Positions 29,490 to 38,151 of a stretch of 64,000 nucleotides of DNA are shown piece after piece. The notes beneath the pieces were generated by a model. The model was not told the DNA's origin. It did not search any database and worked only from the letters and a program-made list of their open reading frames with translations. Made by a program: the position numbers and the translations under genes. The DNA lies in assembly GCA_003385605.1 (NCBI GenBank), contig QQUU01000038.1, positions 18,182-82,181 of the forward strand, written 5' to 3'. Position 1 is the stretch's first letter. Each line of letters opens with the position of its first letter. The DNA comes from Bacteroidota bacterium. GTDB lineage: Bacteria > Bacteroidota > Bacteroidia > Flavobacteriales > Schleiferiaceae.

Positions 29490-29963
29490 ATGAAAAAAGT
29501 AACATTATTTATTGCGAGCGCCTTGTTGATCATGGGCGCATGTAAACCGGAGGTTGGGCCTATTGGACCAGCATACGAGGCCGGTGCAGGTATCGTAGGT
29601 ACTTGGGAGTTGACCAACGCGGATCAAACAGATCTAACGCTACCCGTACCAGAAACTAGAGACATCAGTTCGTTCTACCAAAACAATCAAGATAAATGGG
29701 TGGTAGTGTTCAGCGAGGACAGTACCTACACTGTAAACTCACAGGGCCCAGGTTTCGATTTGTTTGGTGCCGGAGGTACTTGGAAGTACAACACACCAGA
29801 ATTCCCTTCTGAGTTGCACCTCACTCAGTTTGACACCGTAACGACAGTATTGCCTTTGGGCAACATGCCACGTACGATTGATCAGAACGTGAGCATTGTC
29901 TACGACCGTATTCGTTGTGACAAGCCAAGCGTATCTTACAAATTAACGTTCACTAGAAAATAA
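29490..29963 (+). CDS. Small surface lipoprotein (lipocalin-like, SusE/F-position)
   Basis: Lipobox LIMGAC and a GTWEL lipocalin-like start. 157 aa, PUL position. Confidence 0.55.
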   Translation: MKKVTLFIASALLIMGACKPEVGPIGPAYEAGAGIVGTWELTNADQTDLTLPVPETRDISSFYQNNQDKWVVVFSEDSTYTVNSQGPGFDLFGAGGTWKYNTPEFPSELHLTQFDTVTTVLPLGNMPRTIDQNVSIVYDRIRCDKPSVSYKLTFTRK

Positions 29964-29969
29964 GCTCAG

Positions 29970-30824
29970 ATGAAAAAGATTAGCACACTACTCGCATTGA
30001 CTTTGGGCCTAAGTGCTTCGGCTCAAATTTCTACAGTACCTGACGAGAATATTGATCCGGCAGATTCTTTGGAAATCATTTTTGACCCATCAGCTCTCGA
30101 CCTCGCCGTAGGTCATCAAGACCTTTTGAAGCAGGCTGTAGATGCAGGTGAAGACATGTACATCTGGACGTGGAAGCCAGCCACACACCCGGACGGTCAC
30201 CCGTATGTAAACGGCACAGGTTCTGCGCCTTGGAAGAACTCTAACGAGGCGATGAAGATGACCAAGAATTCCGACGGTACGTTCTCTTGGAAGATTGTTC
30301 CAACCTTGTTCTATGAGGTAGATGCAGCCAAGGTATACGCTGAGGATATTCACTTCTTGGTGAAGGCTAAAGACGGCGGTGGTTACGGTGATCCGGATGT
30401 AAAGACGGACGATCAGAGCATTGCAATTGACCCTCCTGCGACAGAGCGCAATCCGTTCTACCACTTCCCTACTAAGGTGAAGATTGACGACGTAATCACG
30501 TTGCGTTACGAGAACTGGAGAGAGGAAAAAGCATCGATGCAAAACCTTAGCTCGGACGACTGTTACGCGTATGCAAAGGTTGTGTATACCGATGGTACCA
30601 GCCAGCAGATTGAAAACACATTCAACGTTGGTTCTAATCCAGACCTACAGATGCAGGATGTGGGCGATGGCAACTTTGAGATGCTCATTGTTCCTACAGA
30701 GCATTTTAACCTGAACCCAATGAAGGAGGTAGATTACCTAGAATTTATCGCAATGCGTAAAAACTTTGCGAGCGGTGCAGACCGTGTTACAGAAGCGGTA
30801 GTTATTCCGATCTTCTGTCAATAA
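29970..30824 (+). CDS. Secreted hypothetical protein in SusE/F position
   Basis: Signal peptide ending LSASAQ. 284 aa. No family recognised. Confidence 0.55.
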   Translation: MKKISTLLALTLGLSASAQISTVPDENIDPADSLEIIFDPSALDLAVGHQDLLKQAVDAGEDMYIWTWKPATHPDGHPYVNGTGSAPWKNSNEAMKMTKNSDGTFSWKIVPTLFYEVDAAKVYAEDIHFLVKAKDGGGYGDPDVKTDDQSIAIDPPATERNPFYHFPTKVKIDDVITLRYENWREEKASMQNLSSDDCYAYAKVVYTDGTSQQIENTFNVGSNPDLQMQDVGDGNFEMLIVPTEHFNLNPMKEVDYLEFIAMRKNFASGADRVTEAVVIPIFCQ

Positions 30825-30847
30825 TATTCGGCTATAAGCCAGCTTAG

Positions 30848-30872
30848 AACCCGGCCCAGTGCCGGGTTTTTT
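30848..30872 (+). terminator. Intrinsic terminator after the susCD-linked genes
   Basis: AACCCGGC/GCCGGGTT stem, 5-nt loop, followed by TTTTTT. Confidence 0.75.
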
Positions 30873-30894
30873 CTCAACTAACACTCAGAGAAAC

Positions 30895-32280
30895 ATGCAG
30901 AACAAACCTAAACTCAGTTTTTGGCAGATTTGGAACATGAGCTTCGGCTTCTTGGGCATCCAGTTTGGATATGCCCTACAAGGTGGATTCATGAGCCGTA
31001 TTTTTGAAACGCTTGGTGCCGACGAGCACAGCCTTCCATTGTTGTGGATTGCAGCGCCACTTACGGGACTTATCGTGCAGCCTATTATTGGTCAGATGAG
31101 TGATAACACTTGGCATCCTAGGTTTGGTCGCCGTCGCCCTTATTTTCTGATAGGCGCTGTTCTTGCTTCTCTAACATTATTGGTAGTGCCACACAGCTCG
31201 GCGCTTTGGATGGCAGCAGGTGGTCTATGGATTCTTGATGCTACGATGAACATCAGTATGGAGCCGTTCCGTGCCTTGGTAGCTGATAAATTACCAGACA
31301 GCCAACGCAGTTTCGGTTTTGTGGTGCAGACGCTGATTATTGGTGTAAGTACTTGGGTGGCTTCAAACTTGCCGCTGATGGTGAGTTCTTTGGGCGTAAG
31401 TAATGAAGCTGCGCCAGGCGTGGTTCCGATGTCGGTTCAGGTGGCATTTGGAATTGGTGCTGCAGTATTCATCCTATCTATACTTTACACGGTCTTTACT
31501 ACGGATGAATATCCTCCCGAAGACATGGAAGCTTTCCGCGCGGAGCAGAAGGAAAAATCGGGTTTAGCCAATACCATTTCTGAGGTGTTTAAGAACATCG
31601 CGGACATGCCAAAGACGATGAAGCGTTTAGGCGTGGTCCAATTCTTCTCTTGGTTTGCCTTCTTCTGTATGTGGTCTATGGCCAACCCTGCATTGACGGA
31701 TCATGTATTCAATGCTGCGAAGCCCGAGGCTATCGATTTTGCCGTAAGTACTGCGGAGCAAATAGATGCTTATCAAATAGCGGATAAGGCGTTTAACGAC
31801 GCATCAAACAAGGTGGGTTCGTACATGGGTAACTACGGTTTGAGCTCTATGGTATTCGCCCTATTGTTGACCCTTTGGACGGCTAAAAGACGTATCAATA
31901 GAAAGTTCGTTCACATGTTCAGCTTGTTCGCTGGGGCGTACGGATTCATTAGCATGTACTTCATTACTGAGCCGTCGATGCTGATCTTAAGCTTCGTTTG
32001 TATCGGATTCAGTTGGGGGTCAATCCTGTCTATGCCGTACGCGATGTTGAGTTCCACCCTTGATCCGAACAAAATGGGTGTGTACATGGGTATTTTCAAC
32101 ATGTTTATTGTCATCCCACAGATTGTTGCAGCGACATCGCTCACGACTATTTACAAAGGGGTGTTTGGTGAAGATCCAATCAATGCAATGTTGCTTGCAG
32201 GAACCTCATTAGTCATCGCTGGGTTGTCAAACCTCTTGATCACGAACAAGAAGGCCGTAACCTACACGCCTGAGGCATAA
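30895..32280 (+). CDS. MFS/GPH-type sugar:cation symporter (SLC45/maltose-sucrose transporter-like)
   Basis: About 12 TM segments with an RFGRRRPY loop motif. The ATG at 30895 is preferred because the track start at 30859 lies inside the terminator hairpin. Confidence 0.85.
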   Translation: MQNKPKLSFWQIWNMSFGFLGIQFGYALQGGFMSRIFETLGADEHSLPLLWIAAPLTGLIVQPIIGQMSDNTWHPRFGRRRPYFLIGAVLASLTLLVVPHSSALWMAAGGLWILDATMNISMEPFRALVADKLPDSQRSFGFVVQTLIIGVSTWVASNLPLMVSSLGVSNEAAPGVVPMSVQVAFGIGAAVFILSILYTVFTTDEYPPEDMEAFRAEQKEKSGLANTISEVFKNIADMPKTMKRLGVVQFFSWFAFFCMWSMANPALTDHVFNAAKPEAIDFAVSTAEQIDAYQIADKAFNDASNKVGSYMGNYGLSSMVFALLLTLWTAKRRINRKFVHMFSLFAGAYGFISMYFITEPSMLILSFVCIGFSWGSILSMPYAMLSSTLDPNKMGVYMGIFNMFIVIPQIVAATSLTTIYKGVFGEDPINAMLLAGTSLVIAGLSNLLITNKKAVTYTPEA

Positions 32281-33153
32281 TTAAAGCGGTCTTTTAAGCT
32301 TGCGGAATTCGCGAGGAGAACAACCCTTGACTTTTAGAAAGGAGCGGTTGAATGAAGAGCTAGAGTTGAATCCACTTTCCTCAGCAACTTCTGACATCGG
32401 CTTGTTGGTATTCACCAGAAGGTGTGAAGCGACTGTTGTGCGCAGTTGCATTAAGTAGTCGATAAAAGTCAAGCCAGAAGTTTGGCGGAACCAACGGCTA
32501 AAACTTTGTTCGGTCATGCTTGCGACGTCTGATATTTCAGAGAGAGTGATAGCACGTTGATAATTGTCCTGAATGTATTTCGAAACGCGCTCCATGCGCT
32601 TGCTGATCTTCTGACTCATGACATTGCTATAGGCACTGGTGGTAGAGATGGTTTTTAGTTCTCTTCTCTCGGCAATCGAAGCCATGAGGTTGAAGAAGGA
32701 GCCCATACTTTTAAGAGAATTGGTCCCGACAATATTTGCAAAGTCCTCGTGTTCTTCAGGAGTGAATTGGCCGAGATCTACACCAAAACTCATCGCCTTA
32801 AAAAGTGGCCCTAAGGCGGCACTTTCTTTGAATGAGTTGAGCCATTCTTGAGTAAACTGAAGTCCCCAACATTCGCGGTCCATGATCATCTCTTCCTCGT
32901 CAGAAGCTACAAAGTTGTGCGGTAGGTACGGACCAATTAAAAATGCTTGCCCAGCCTTGAACTCCACGATTTTGTTACCTATGAAGGCGAGTCCTTCGCC
33001 TTTGACTACGTACGTGATTTCAATCTCCGGGTGGTAGTGCCAATAGTCTGTAAAAATAGAAGGTCCACGCTGACCCACACGTTGCGACAGCACATAGCTG
33101 TGGTAGCTTCTGTCCTTTTCGGCAATTCGTATGTTTTCGATCGTGGCTTTCAT
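32281..33153 (-). CDS. AraC family transcriptional regulator (cupin sensor plus HTH)
   Basis: C-terminal AraC HTH (SLSEISDVASMTEQSFSRWFRQ...SSSFNRSFLKVKGCSPREFR) and an N-terminal cupin-like domain. ATGA overlap with the upstream GH13 gene. Confidence 0.85.
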   Translation of the reverse strand: MKATIENIRIAEKDRSYHSYVLSQRVGQRGPSIFTDYWHYHPEIEITYVVKGEGLAFIGNKIVEFKAGQAFLIGPYLPHNFVASDEEEMIMDRECWGLQFTQEWLNSFKESAALGPLFKAMSFGVDLGQFTPEEHEDFANIVGTNSLKSMGSFFNLMASIAERRELKTISTTSAYSNVMSQKISKRMERVSKYIQDNYQRAITLSEISDVASMTEQSFSRWFRQTSGLTFIDYLMQLRTTVASHLLVNTNKPMSEVAEESGFNSSSSFNRSFLKVKGCSPREFRKLKRPL

Positions 33154-34922
33154 CGCTCAAATTCAAAGATTTTAGCTTCCCAAGGGTAGAACACCGAACC
33201 GCCGCCTTTGTCGGAGCTAAGCACGGGTTCTTTGCCTGACCAGTATTCGTGGCTCCTCATCTTGTCTGTGGCGTTTACAACCAATATCCATTTGGAGTAA
33301 TCGTTTGCAGCCTCTAGGATATAATAACCGTCTTCTGGCACTCTTTGGGTAAACTGAACGGCTCCTCTGGTTTTTCGAAAAGCGCCCAATTCTTGACACA
33401 AATTTAATAATTGGCCGCCAATTATGCTATAATCAGGGAACTCTTTGGAAAATCCTGGCATGTCCTCGCGAATGGCGCCATGGTTCTCGTGTCCCTTCAA
33501 ACCAAGCTCTGTTCCGTAGTACAATACAGGAATGCCACGCATAAAGTAGAGTAGTGTCAAAGCACTTCTTAGCTTGTCTTCACTACCCAGCTGGCCGAGG
33601 AAGCGCCCGTCGTCGTGATTGTCAACGAAGGTGATAAGGTCTTCCGGGCGCTCGTAGAGGTAGTCTGCGGCGAGGCGGTAGTACAAGGCACCTGCACCTG
33701 TAGCCCAACCGAATTGCTCAGATTCATCGGCCTCATACATCTGGTGGATCGCTCTCCATAAGGTAAAGTCTGTAACGGCATCGTTGCCTGTCCAGCCTGC
33801 GCTCACATTATCGTTGGGTGCAAAATAGAGCTGTGATGCTTCACTGTAGGCCCAAGTTTCTCCAAAGATGAAGAGCTCAGGGTATACCCTTTTGAGCAGC
33901 ATGTTCAACTCCTTGAGGAATGTAGGATGGGAAAATGCATAGGTGTCGCAGCGCAGGGCATCTACACCGAAGGATTCGATATACCAAAGGGTGGAATAGG
34001 TAAGGTATGAGGCGGTTAACGGATGCTCTTGGTTCAGGTCGGGCATAGCTCCTGCAAACCAACCTTTTTCGAACCGGTCGATATCGCCTTTCGACGCATA
34101 GGGGTCTGTCAGCGAGGTGAATCGGAAGCTCGAATAAGGAATGGAGCCATTTTGATTCCAGTGTACCATAGAGGAATCGGGCATCAATTCTTGAAGGTAA
34201 TGCGAGGACCCCCAATGGTTGTAAACGACATCGGCGACGTGCTTTAGGCCGCGCTCTTGCATTTGCTTGCTTAGAGCGGCGAGGCCTTTGTTGCCGCCGT
34301 AGCGCGGATCTATTTGATAGTGGTCTGTGATGGCGTAGCCGTGGTAGCTGTCACGAGCCATATCGTTTTCTAGCAGGGGGTTGATCCAAACGGCGGTGGC
34401 GCCAAGACGTTCGATATGACCAAGTCCTTGCCCAATGCCCTCGAGATCTCCTCCGTGTCGGGCATAAGGCTCTTTAAGGTCGGTGCCGCGCTCACGCATG
34501 CCTTTGATGTCATCGTTCTTTGGATTTCCGTTGTGAAATCGGTCCGGGGTAATGAGGTAGATGAGGTCCTGGTCGCTTAGTCCTTGAGGCTGGTAACCGC
34601 TGCGCTCAAGAAGGGGGTATTTGATGTTTCTGCGGCCAATTTTAAAGGTGATTTCTTGCGAGGCAAGGTTGGGTAAGATTCGGAATTGGACCCAGGCTAC
34701 ATGATCGCTTATGATTCCCCATTCGAGTCTTTCTGCACCCTTAAAACTGTGAATTTCGGCCTTTGTAAATCCTTCGCCGGTGATGAATACTTCTACAGTA
34801 TCCAGGGGAAAATTGCTCCACCAGTTTGGTGGGTCAACGCGGTGAACACTTTGCCCTTTAATTGTAGTAACCGAAGCGAGGCACAAAAGAGAGAAAAGAA
34901 AGTTTAAGGCGCTATTCTTCAT
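33150..34922 (-). CDS. GH13 alpha-amylase family protein (cyclomaltodextrinase/alpha-amylase-like), secreted
   Basis: Signal peptide. GH13 regions GGDLEGI, VADVVYNH, DALRCDTYAF, FGETWA and FVDNHDD. Confidence 0.85.
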   Translation of the reverse strand: MKNSALNFLFSLLCLASVTTIKGQSVHRVDPPNWWSNFPLDTVEVFITGEGFTKAEIHSFKGAERLEWGIISDHVAWVQFRILPNLASQEITFKIGRRNIKYPLLERSGYQPQGLSDQDLIYLITPDRFHNGNPKNDDIKGMRERGTDLKEPYARHGGDLEGIGQGLGHIERLGATAVWINPLLENDMARDSYHGYAITDHYQIDPRYGGNKGLAALSKQMQERGLKHVADVVYNHWGSSHYLQELMPDSSMVHWNQNGSIPYSSFRFTSLTDPYASKGDIDRFEKGWFAGAMPDLNQEHPLTASYLTYSTLWYIESFGVDALRCDTYAFSHPTFLKELNMLLKRVYPELFIFGETWAYSEASQLYFAPNDNVSAGWTGNDAVTDFTLWRAIHQMYEADESEQFGWATGAGALYYRLAADYLYERPEDLITFVDNHDDGRFLGQLGSEDKLRSALTLLYFMRGIPVLYYGTELGLKGHENHGAIREDMPGFSKEFPDYSIIGGQLLNLCQELGAFRKTRGAVQFTQRVPEDGYYILEAANDYSKWILVVNATDKMRSHEYWSGKEPVLSSDKGGGSVFYPWEAKIFEFER

Positions 34923-35043
34923 TTTTTGCGGGATAATGCGACAATATGGTTAAAAATTGGCAGAATTGGACACCAAAAGGAACCTGTTGTGTCTTAATTT
35001 TATAGGGTATTCGGTACACTAATTACTAACCAATCATTTTTAT

Positions 35044-36669
35044 ATGAAAAAGTTTTACGCTTTAGCAACTGCCTTGTTCCTAGGAATGGGCGCATTTGCA
35101 CAAACTTACAGCGTGACCTTCCAGGTTGATATGGGCTCTGCTACAATCAACTCTAACGGTGTTCACGTTGCTGGGTCATTCCAGTCTTGGTCTCCAAGTA
35201 CTACTTCTATGACTCAGGTAGGTACTTCTTCAATCTACTCGACTACAGTTACTGTAAGTGGTGGTCAGTTGGAGTACAAATTCTTGAACGGTAACGCATG
35301 GGGCGACGATGAAAGTGTTCCTGCACCGATCCAAGTAGGTACTAACGGTAACAGTAACCGTTGGGCTGTGATCTCTCAGGATACTACACTTCCAGCAGTA
35401 ATGTTCGGTGGTGCTGCTCCTGCAGGTCAAAAAGCGATCCAATTCAAGGTGGATATGGCGCTTCAGACTGTTTCTTCAGATTCAGTTCACGTTGCGGGTA
35501 ACTTCCAAGGTTGGGATCCAGCGAAGTCGCAGATGGTAAACTTTGACGGCGTACACCGTTACATTGCTTATGTAGGCAAGACGGATTCTACGTACTTCAA
35601 GTTCATCAACGGTAACGGATGGAGTGTTGTTGAATCGGTTCCTTCTACTTGTCAGGCTTCTTCTGCAGGTATCAGCCAAGGTGATAACCGTTTCTACACA
35701 GATACACTTAGCGGTATCTACGAAGTATGTTACTCTCAGTGTGGTCCATGTACAGTAATGCCTACGTACGACATCACTGTAAATGTTGATGTAAGTTCTT
35801 TGACTGCATGTTCTACTATCGATTCTGTAACACTTGCAGGTCCTATCAACGGATGGGGTGGTGAGTTGATGTCTGATCCAGACGGTGACGGCGTATACTC
35901 TATCTCTTACATGGGTGTTGATTCAGGTGATTTCCAGTTCAAAGCACGTTACCACGTAGCGGGCGCGACCAACTGGGAAGGCGGTGGTAACAAGGTTATC
36001 ACAGTTAGCTCTGATTCTGTAGTTGCTCCTCGTTGTTTCGGTAACGATACCTACGGACCATGTCCTACTACGCCTCCAACGGCTGACGTAACGTTTATCG
36101 TTGACTTCACGCAAGCTTCTTTCACGCCAGCTGATACGATTTACTTGATGGGTAACTTCACGCAGTGGAGCTCAAATGCTATCCCAATGGTGGCACACTC
36201 TCAAGCAGGTCAGTACATCGCTACAGTTGCACAGTACTGTCCAGGTACTATGGAGTACCGTTTCTCTAACGGCGACCCATCAGACAACTCTAACCACGAG
36301 CCAGTTCCTGCTGATTGTGGTGTAGATAATGGTGTAGGTTCTTACAACCGTTTCTTCGCGCGTACCGGTTCTGCAGATACTGTTCAGCACATCTACGGTG
36401 CTTGTTCATTCATCTCTGTTGAAGAGAATGCATTGGATGCAGTAGCGATCTACCCGAACCCTATGACGGATGTAGCAACAATCGCTCTAGGTACTTCTGA
36501 TTTCTACACAGTTCGTGTAATGGACATCACTGGCCGTTTGGTTGCTGGTATGGACAATGCTCAGGGCAATGTAGAGTTGAATGCTTCTGAAATGGGTCGC
36601 GGTATGTACTTCGTGAACATCGCGAACTCTAAAGGCGAGTTGAGAACAATGAAGGTTATCGTAGAATAA
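35044..36669 (+). CDS. T9SS-sorted protein with four tandem CBM20/CBM48-like modules (putative starch-binding)
   Basis: Four ~100-aa repeats share the pattern (V/I)H(V/L)AG.FQ.W...(Y/F)KF.NGN.W. The C-terminal ~75 aa is a Por/T9SS sorting domain (IYPNPMTD...MYFVNI...MKVIVE). Confidence 0.8.
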   Translation: MKKFYALATALFLGMGAFAQTYSVTFQVDMGSATINSNGVHVAGSFQSWSPSTTSMTQVGTSSIYSTTVTVSGGQLEYKFLNGNAWGDDESVPAPIQVGTNGNSNRWAVISQDTTLPAVMFGGAAPAGQKAIQFKVDMALQTVSSDSVHVAGNFQGWDPAKSQMVNFDGVHRYIAYVGKTDSTYFKFINGNGWSVVESVPSTCQASSAGISQGDNRFYTDTLSGIYEVCYSQCGPCTVMPTYDITVNVDVSSLTACSTIDSVTLAGPINGWGGELMSDPDGDGVYSISYMGVDSGDFQFKARYHVAGATNWEGGGNKVITVSSDSVVAPRCFGNDTYGPCPTTPPTADVTFIVDFTQASFTPADTIYLMGNFTQWSSNAIPMVAHSQAGQYIATVAQYCPGTMEYRFSNGDPSDNSNHEPVPADCGVDNGVGSYNRFFARTGSADTVQHIYGACSFISVEENALDAVAIYPNPMTDVATIALGTSDFYTVRVMDITGRLVAGMDNAQGNVELNASEMGRGMYFVNIANSKGELRTMKVIVE

Positions 36670-36701
36670 TCTCTTACTCATACAGTTCCTTTTTGGAACA
36701 G

Positions 36702-36738
36702 AGCCCCCCGGCGCGCAGCGCCGGGGGGCTTTTATTTT
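36702..36738 (+). terminator. Strong intrinsic terminator of the T9SS CBM gene
   Basis: AGCCCCCCGGCGC/GCGCCGGGGGGCT 13-bp stem followed by TTTTATTTT. Confidence 0.85.
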
Positions 36739-36752
36739 CAGGATTTTGAGCA

Positions 36753-36780
36753 AAAAAAAGGCGGCCGTACGGCCGCCTTT
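36753..36780 (-). terminator. Intrinsic terminator of the response regulator gene
   Basis: On the minus strand: AAAGGCGGCC-GTAC-GGCCGCCTTT followed by TTTTT. Confidence 0.8.
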
Positions 36781-36803
36781 ATGAGTATTTATTGTGGTCT
36801 GTT

Positions 36804-37478
36804 TTACAGGACTAAGCCGTTCTCAACAGCAAATCGAACAAGCCCCGCAGTGTTATTCATCCCTAGTTTATTCAGGATGTTTTGACGGTGGTTATCAATG
36901 GTCCGCTTCGACAAGAAGAGTTGTTTGGAGATTTGCTCATTGGTCAGTTGGTCACAGATGAGCTGAATGATTTCTATTTCGCGTTTACTCAATCGGGCCA
37001 CAGCAGGGTTATCGCTTTTAAGATCCGCAGCACCGATACCGAGAATTTTCTTTTCGATCAATTCATTGGCGAGGGCTTGTGTGTAACAAAGCTTTCCTTC
37101 AAGCACGGTTGTTATGGAAGCCACAAGTTCTGCCGTTCCGACACTCTTAAGAACATAACCTTTGGCACCAGCTTCAAGCATATTTGCTGCGTAATCCACA
37201 TCTCCATAGTTGGAGAGTGCAAGCACGCGAAGACCTGGATGTGCTTCAAGGGCTTTCTTTGTCAAAGTTGGACCGTCGGTTTCTTCCAACTTGTAGTCCA
37301 TGATGACGATATCGAATTCTTTTCTATTGAGCTGTTCTGACATTTCAATGCCATTTCCAGCCTCTGAAACCTCGAAACTATGTCCTTCGAAGTCTCCCAT
37401 TTCGAGCATAGTTTTAATACCATCTCTAAGGATAGGATGGTCGTCCACTATGAGTATTTTGACGCTTTTCTTTGCCAT
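36804..37478 (-). CDS. NarL/LuxR family two-component response regulator (orphan)
   Basis: Receiver domain (ILIVDDHPILRDG, VIMDYKL) and LuxR HTH (LSKREIEIIQL...ISKQLFLSKRTIDNHRQNIL). No histidine kinase gene is adjacent. Confidence 0.9.
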   Translation of the reverse strand: MAKKSVKILIVDDHPILRDGIKTMLEMGDFEGHSFEVSEAGNGIEMSEQLNRKEFDIVIMDYKLEETDGPTLTKKALEAHPGLRVLALSNYGDVDYAANMLEAGAKGYVLKSVGTAELVASITTVLEGKLCYTQALANELIEKKILGIGAADLKSDNPAVARLSKREIEIIQLICDQLTNEQISKQLFLSKRTIDNHRQNILNKLGMNNTAGLVRFAVENGLVL

Positions 37479-37622
37479 GGTTGTGTGTAAATGCGCGGTT
37501 TTGAGTGCGTTAAATATACTAAGATTTGTTTTTGACTAAGTATTTAGCTTGAAAACGGGGTATTAATTTTGTGATTTTGAATCAATTAGAAGTCGACTTT
37601 GGATGAAGTCCCGGAATTGCAC

Positions 37623-37630
37623 TATATTTG
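37623..37630 (+). promoter_or_regulatory. Candidate -7 promoter box TATATTTG for rimP-nusA-infB
   Basis: Exact TAnnTTTG match, with a TTTG 21 nt upstream (37604-37607). Confidence 0.4.
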
Positions 37631-37653
37631 TCAAAACTTTTTGGCACTCAAAA

Positions 37654-37679
37654 GGGGGACTTCGGTCCCCTCTTTTATT
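37654..37679 (+). terminator. Leader terminator/attenuator hairpin with a UUCG tetraloop upstream of rimP
   Basis: GGGGGAC-TTCG-GTCCCCT stem followed by CTTTTATT. There is no plus-strand gene upstream, and the rimP ATG lies 12 nt downstream. Confidence 0.6.
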
Positions 37680-37690
37680 GCCGGTAATTG

Positions 37691-38131
37691 ATGGAATACG
37701 CAAAAATTGAAAAGGCCGCTGAACAGGCCACGGTTGAGAATAACGCTTTTTTGGTAGAGCTTGAGGTGAAGCCAAACAACGTAATCATTGCCTATGTTGA
37801 TGCGGACGAAGGTCTTTCAATGGATCAGATAAAAATGATCAATAGGAAGATGGAATCAGAATTGGACCGCGATGTGGAAGATTTTAATCTTACAGTAAGT
37901 AGTCCAGATTTGAACAGGCCATTGAAAATTTGGCGCCAGTACAAGAAAAATGTCGGTCGCTTTTTAAAGGTGAAGTTCGAAGACCGTCAAGTAGAAGGAA
38001 AGTTGGAAAAAGTGGAGCAGGACTTTTTGGTTTTGAGTGTCCCTCAAAAGAAAAAGAGTGCGCCGCACGTGGAAACAGAAATACAGTTTGCCGACATCGT
38101 AGAAGCGAAGGTGGCAATCAGATTTAAATAG
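37691..38131 (+). CDS. rimP: Ribosome maturation factor RimP
   Basis: About 146 aa with an FLVELEV...VSSPDLNRPL motif, immediately upstream of nusA. Confidence 0.85.
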   Translation: MEYAKIEKAAEQATVENNAFLVELEVKPNNVIIAYVDADEGLSMDQIKMINRKMESELDRDVEDFNLTVSSPDLNRPLKIWRQYKKNVGRFLKVKFEDRQVEGKLEKVEQDFLVLSVPQKKKSAPHVETEIQFADIVEAKVAIRFK

Positions 38132-38151
38132 AAGTTTTAGTTTTATAGATA

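Noticed and set aside
37563-37775. 70-aa minus-strand ORF spanning the rimP leader
   Set aside because: It overlaps the rimP start and the leader hairpin and has no recognisable features. The region is better explained as a promoter plus leader.
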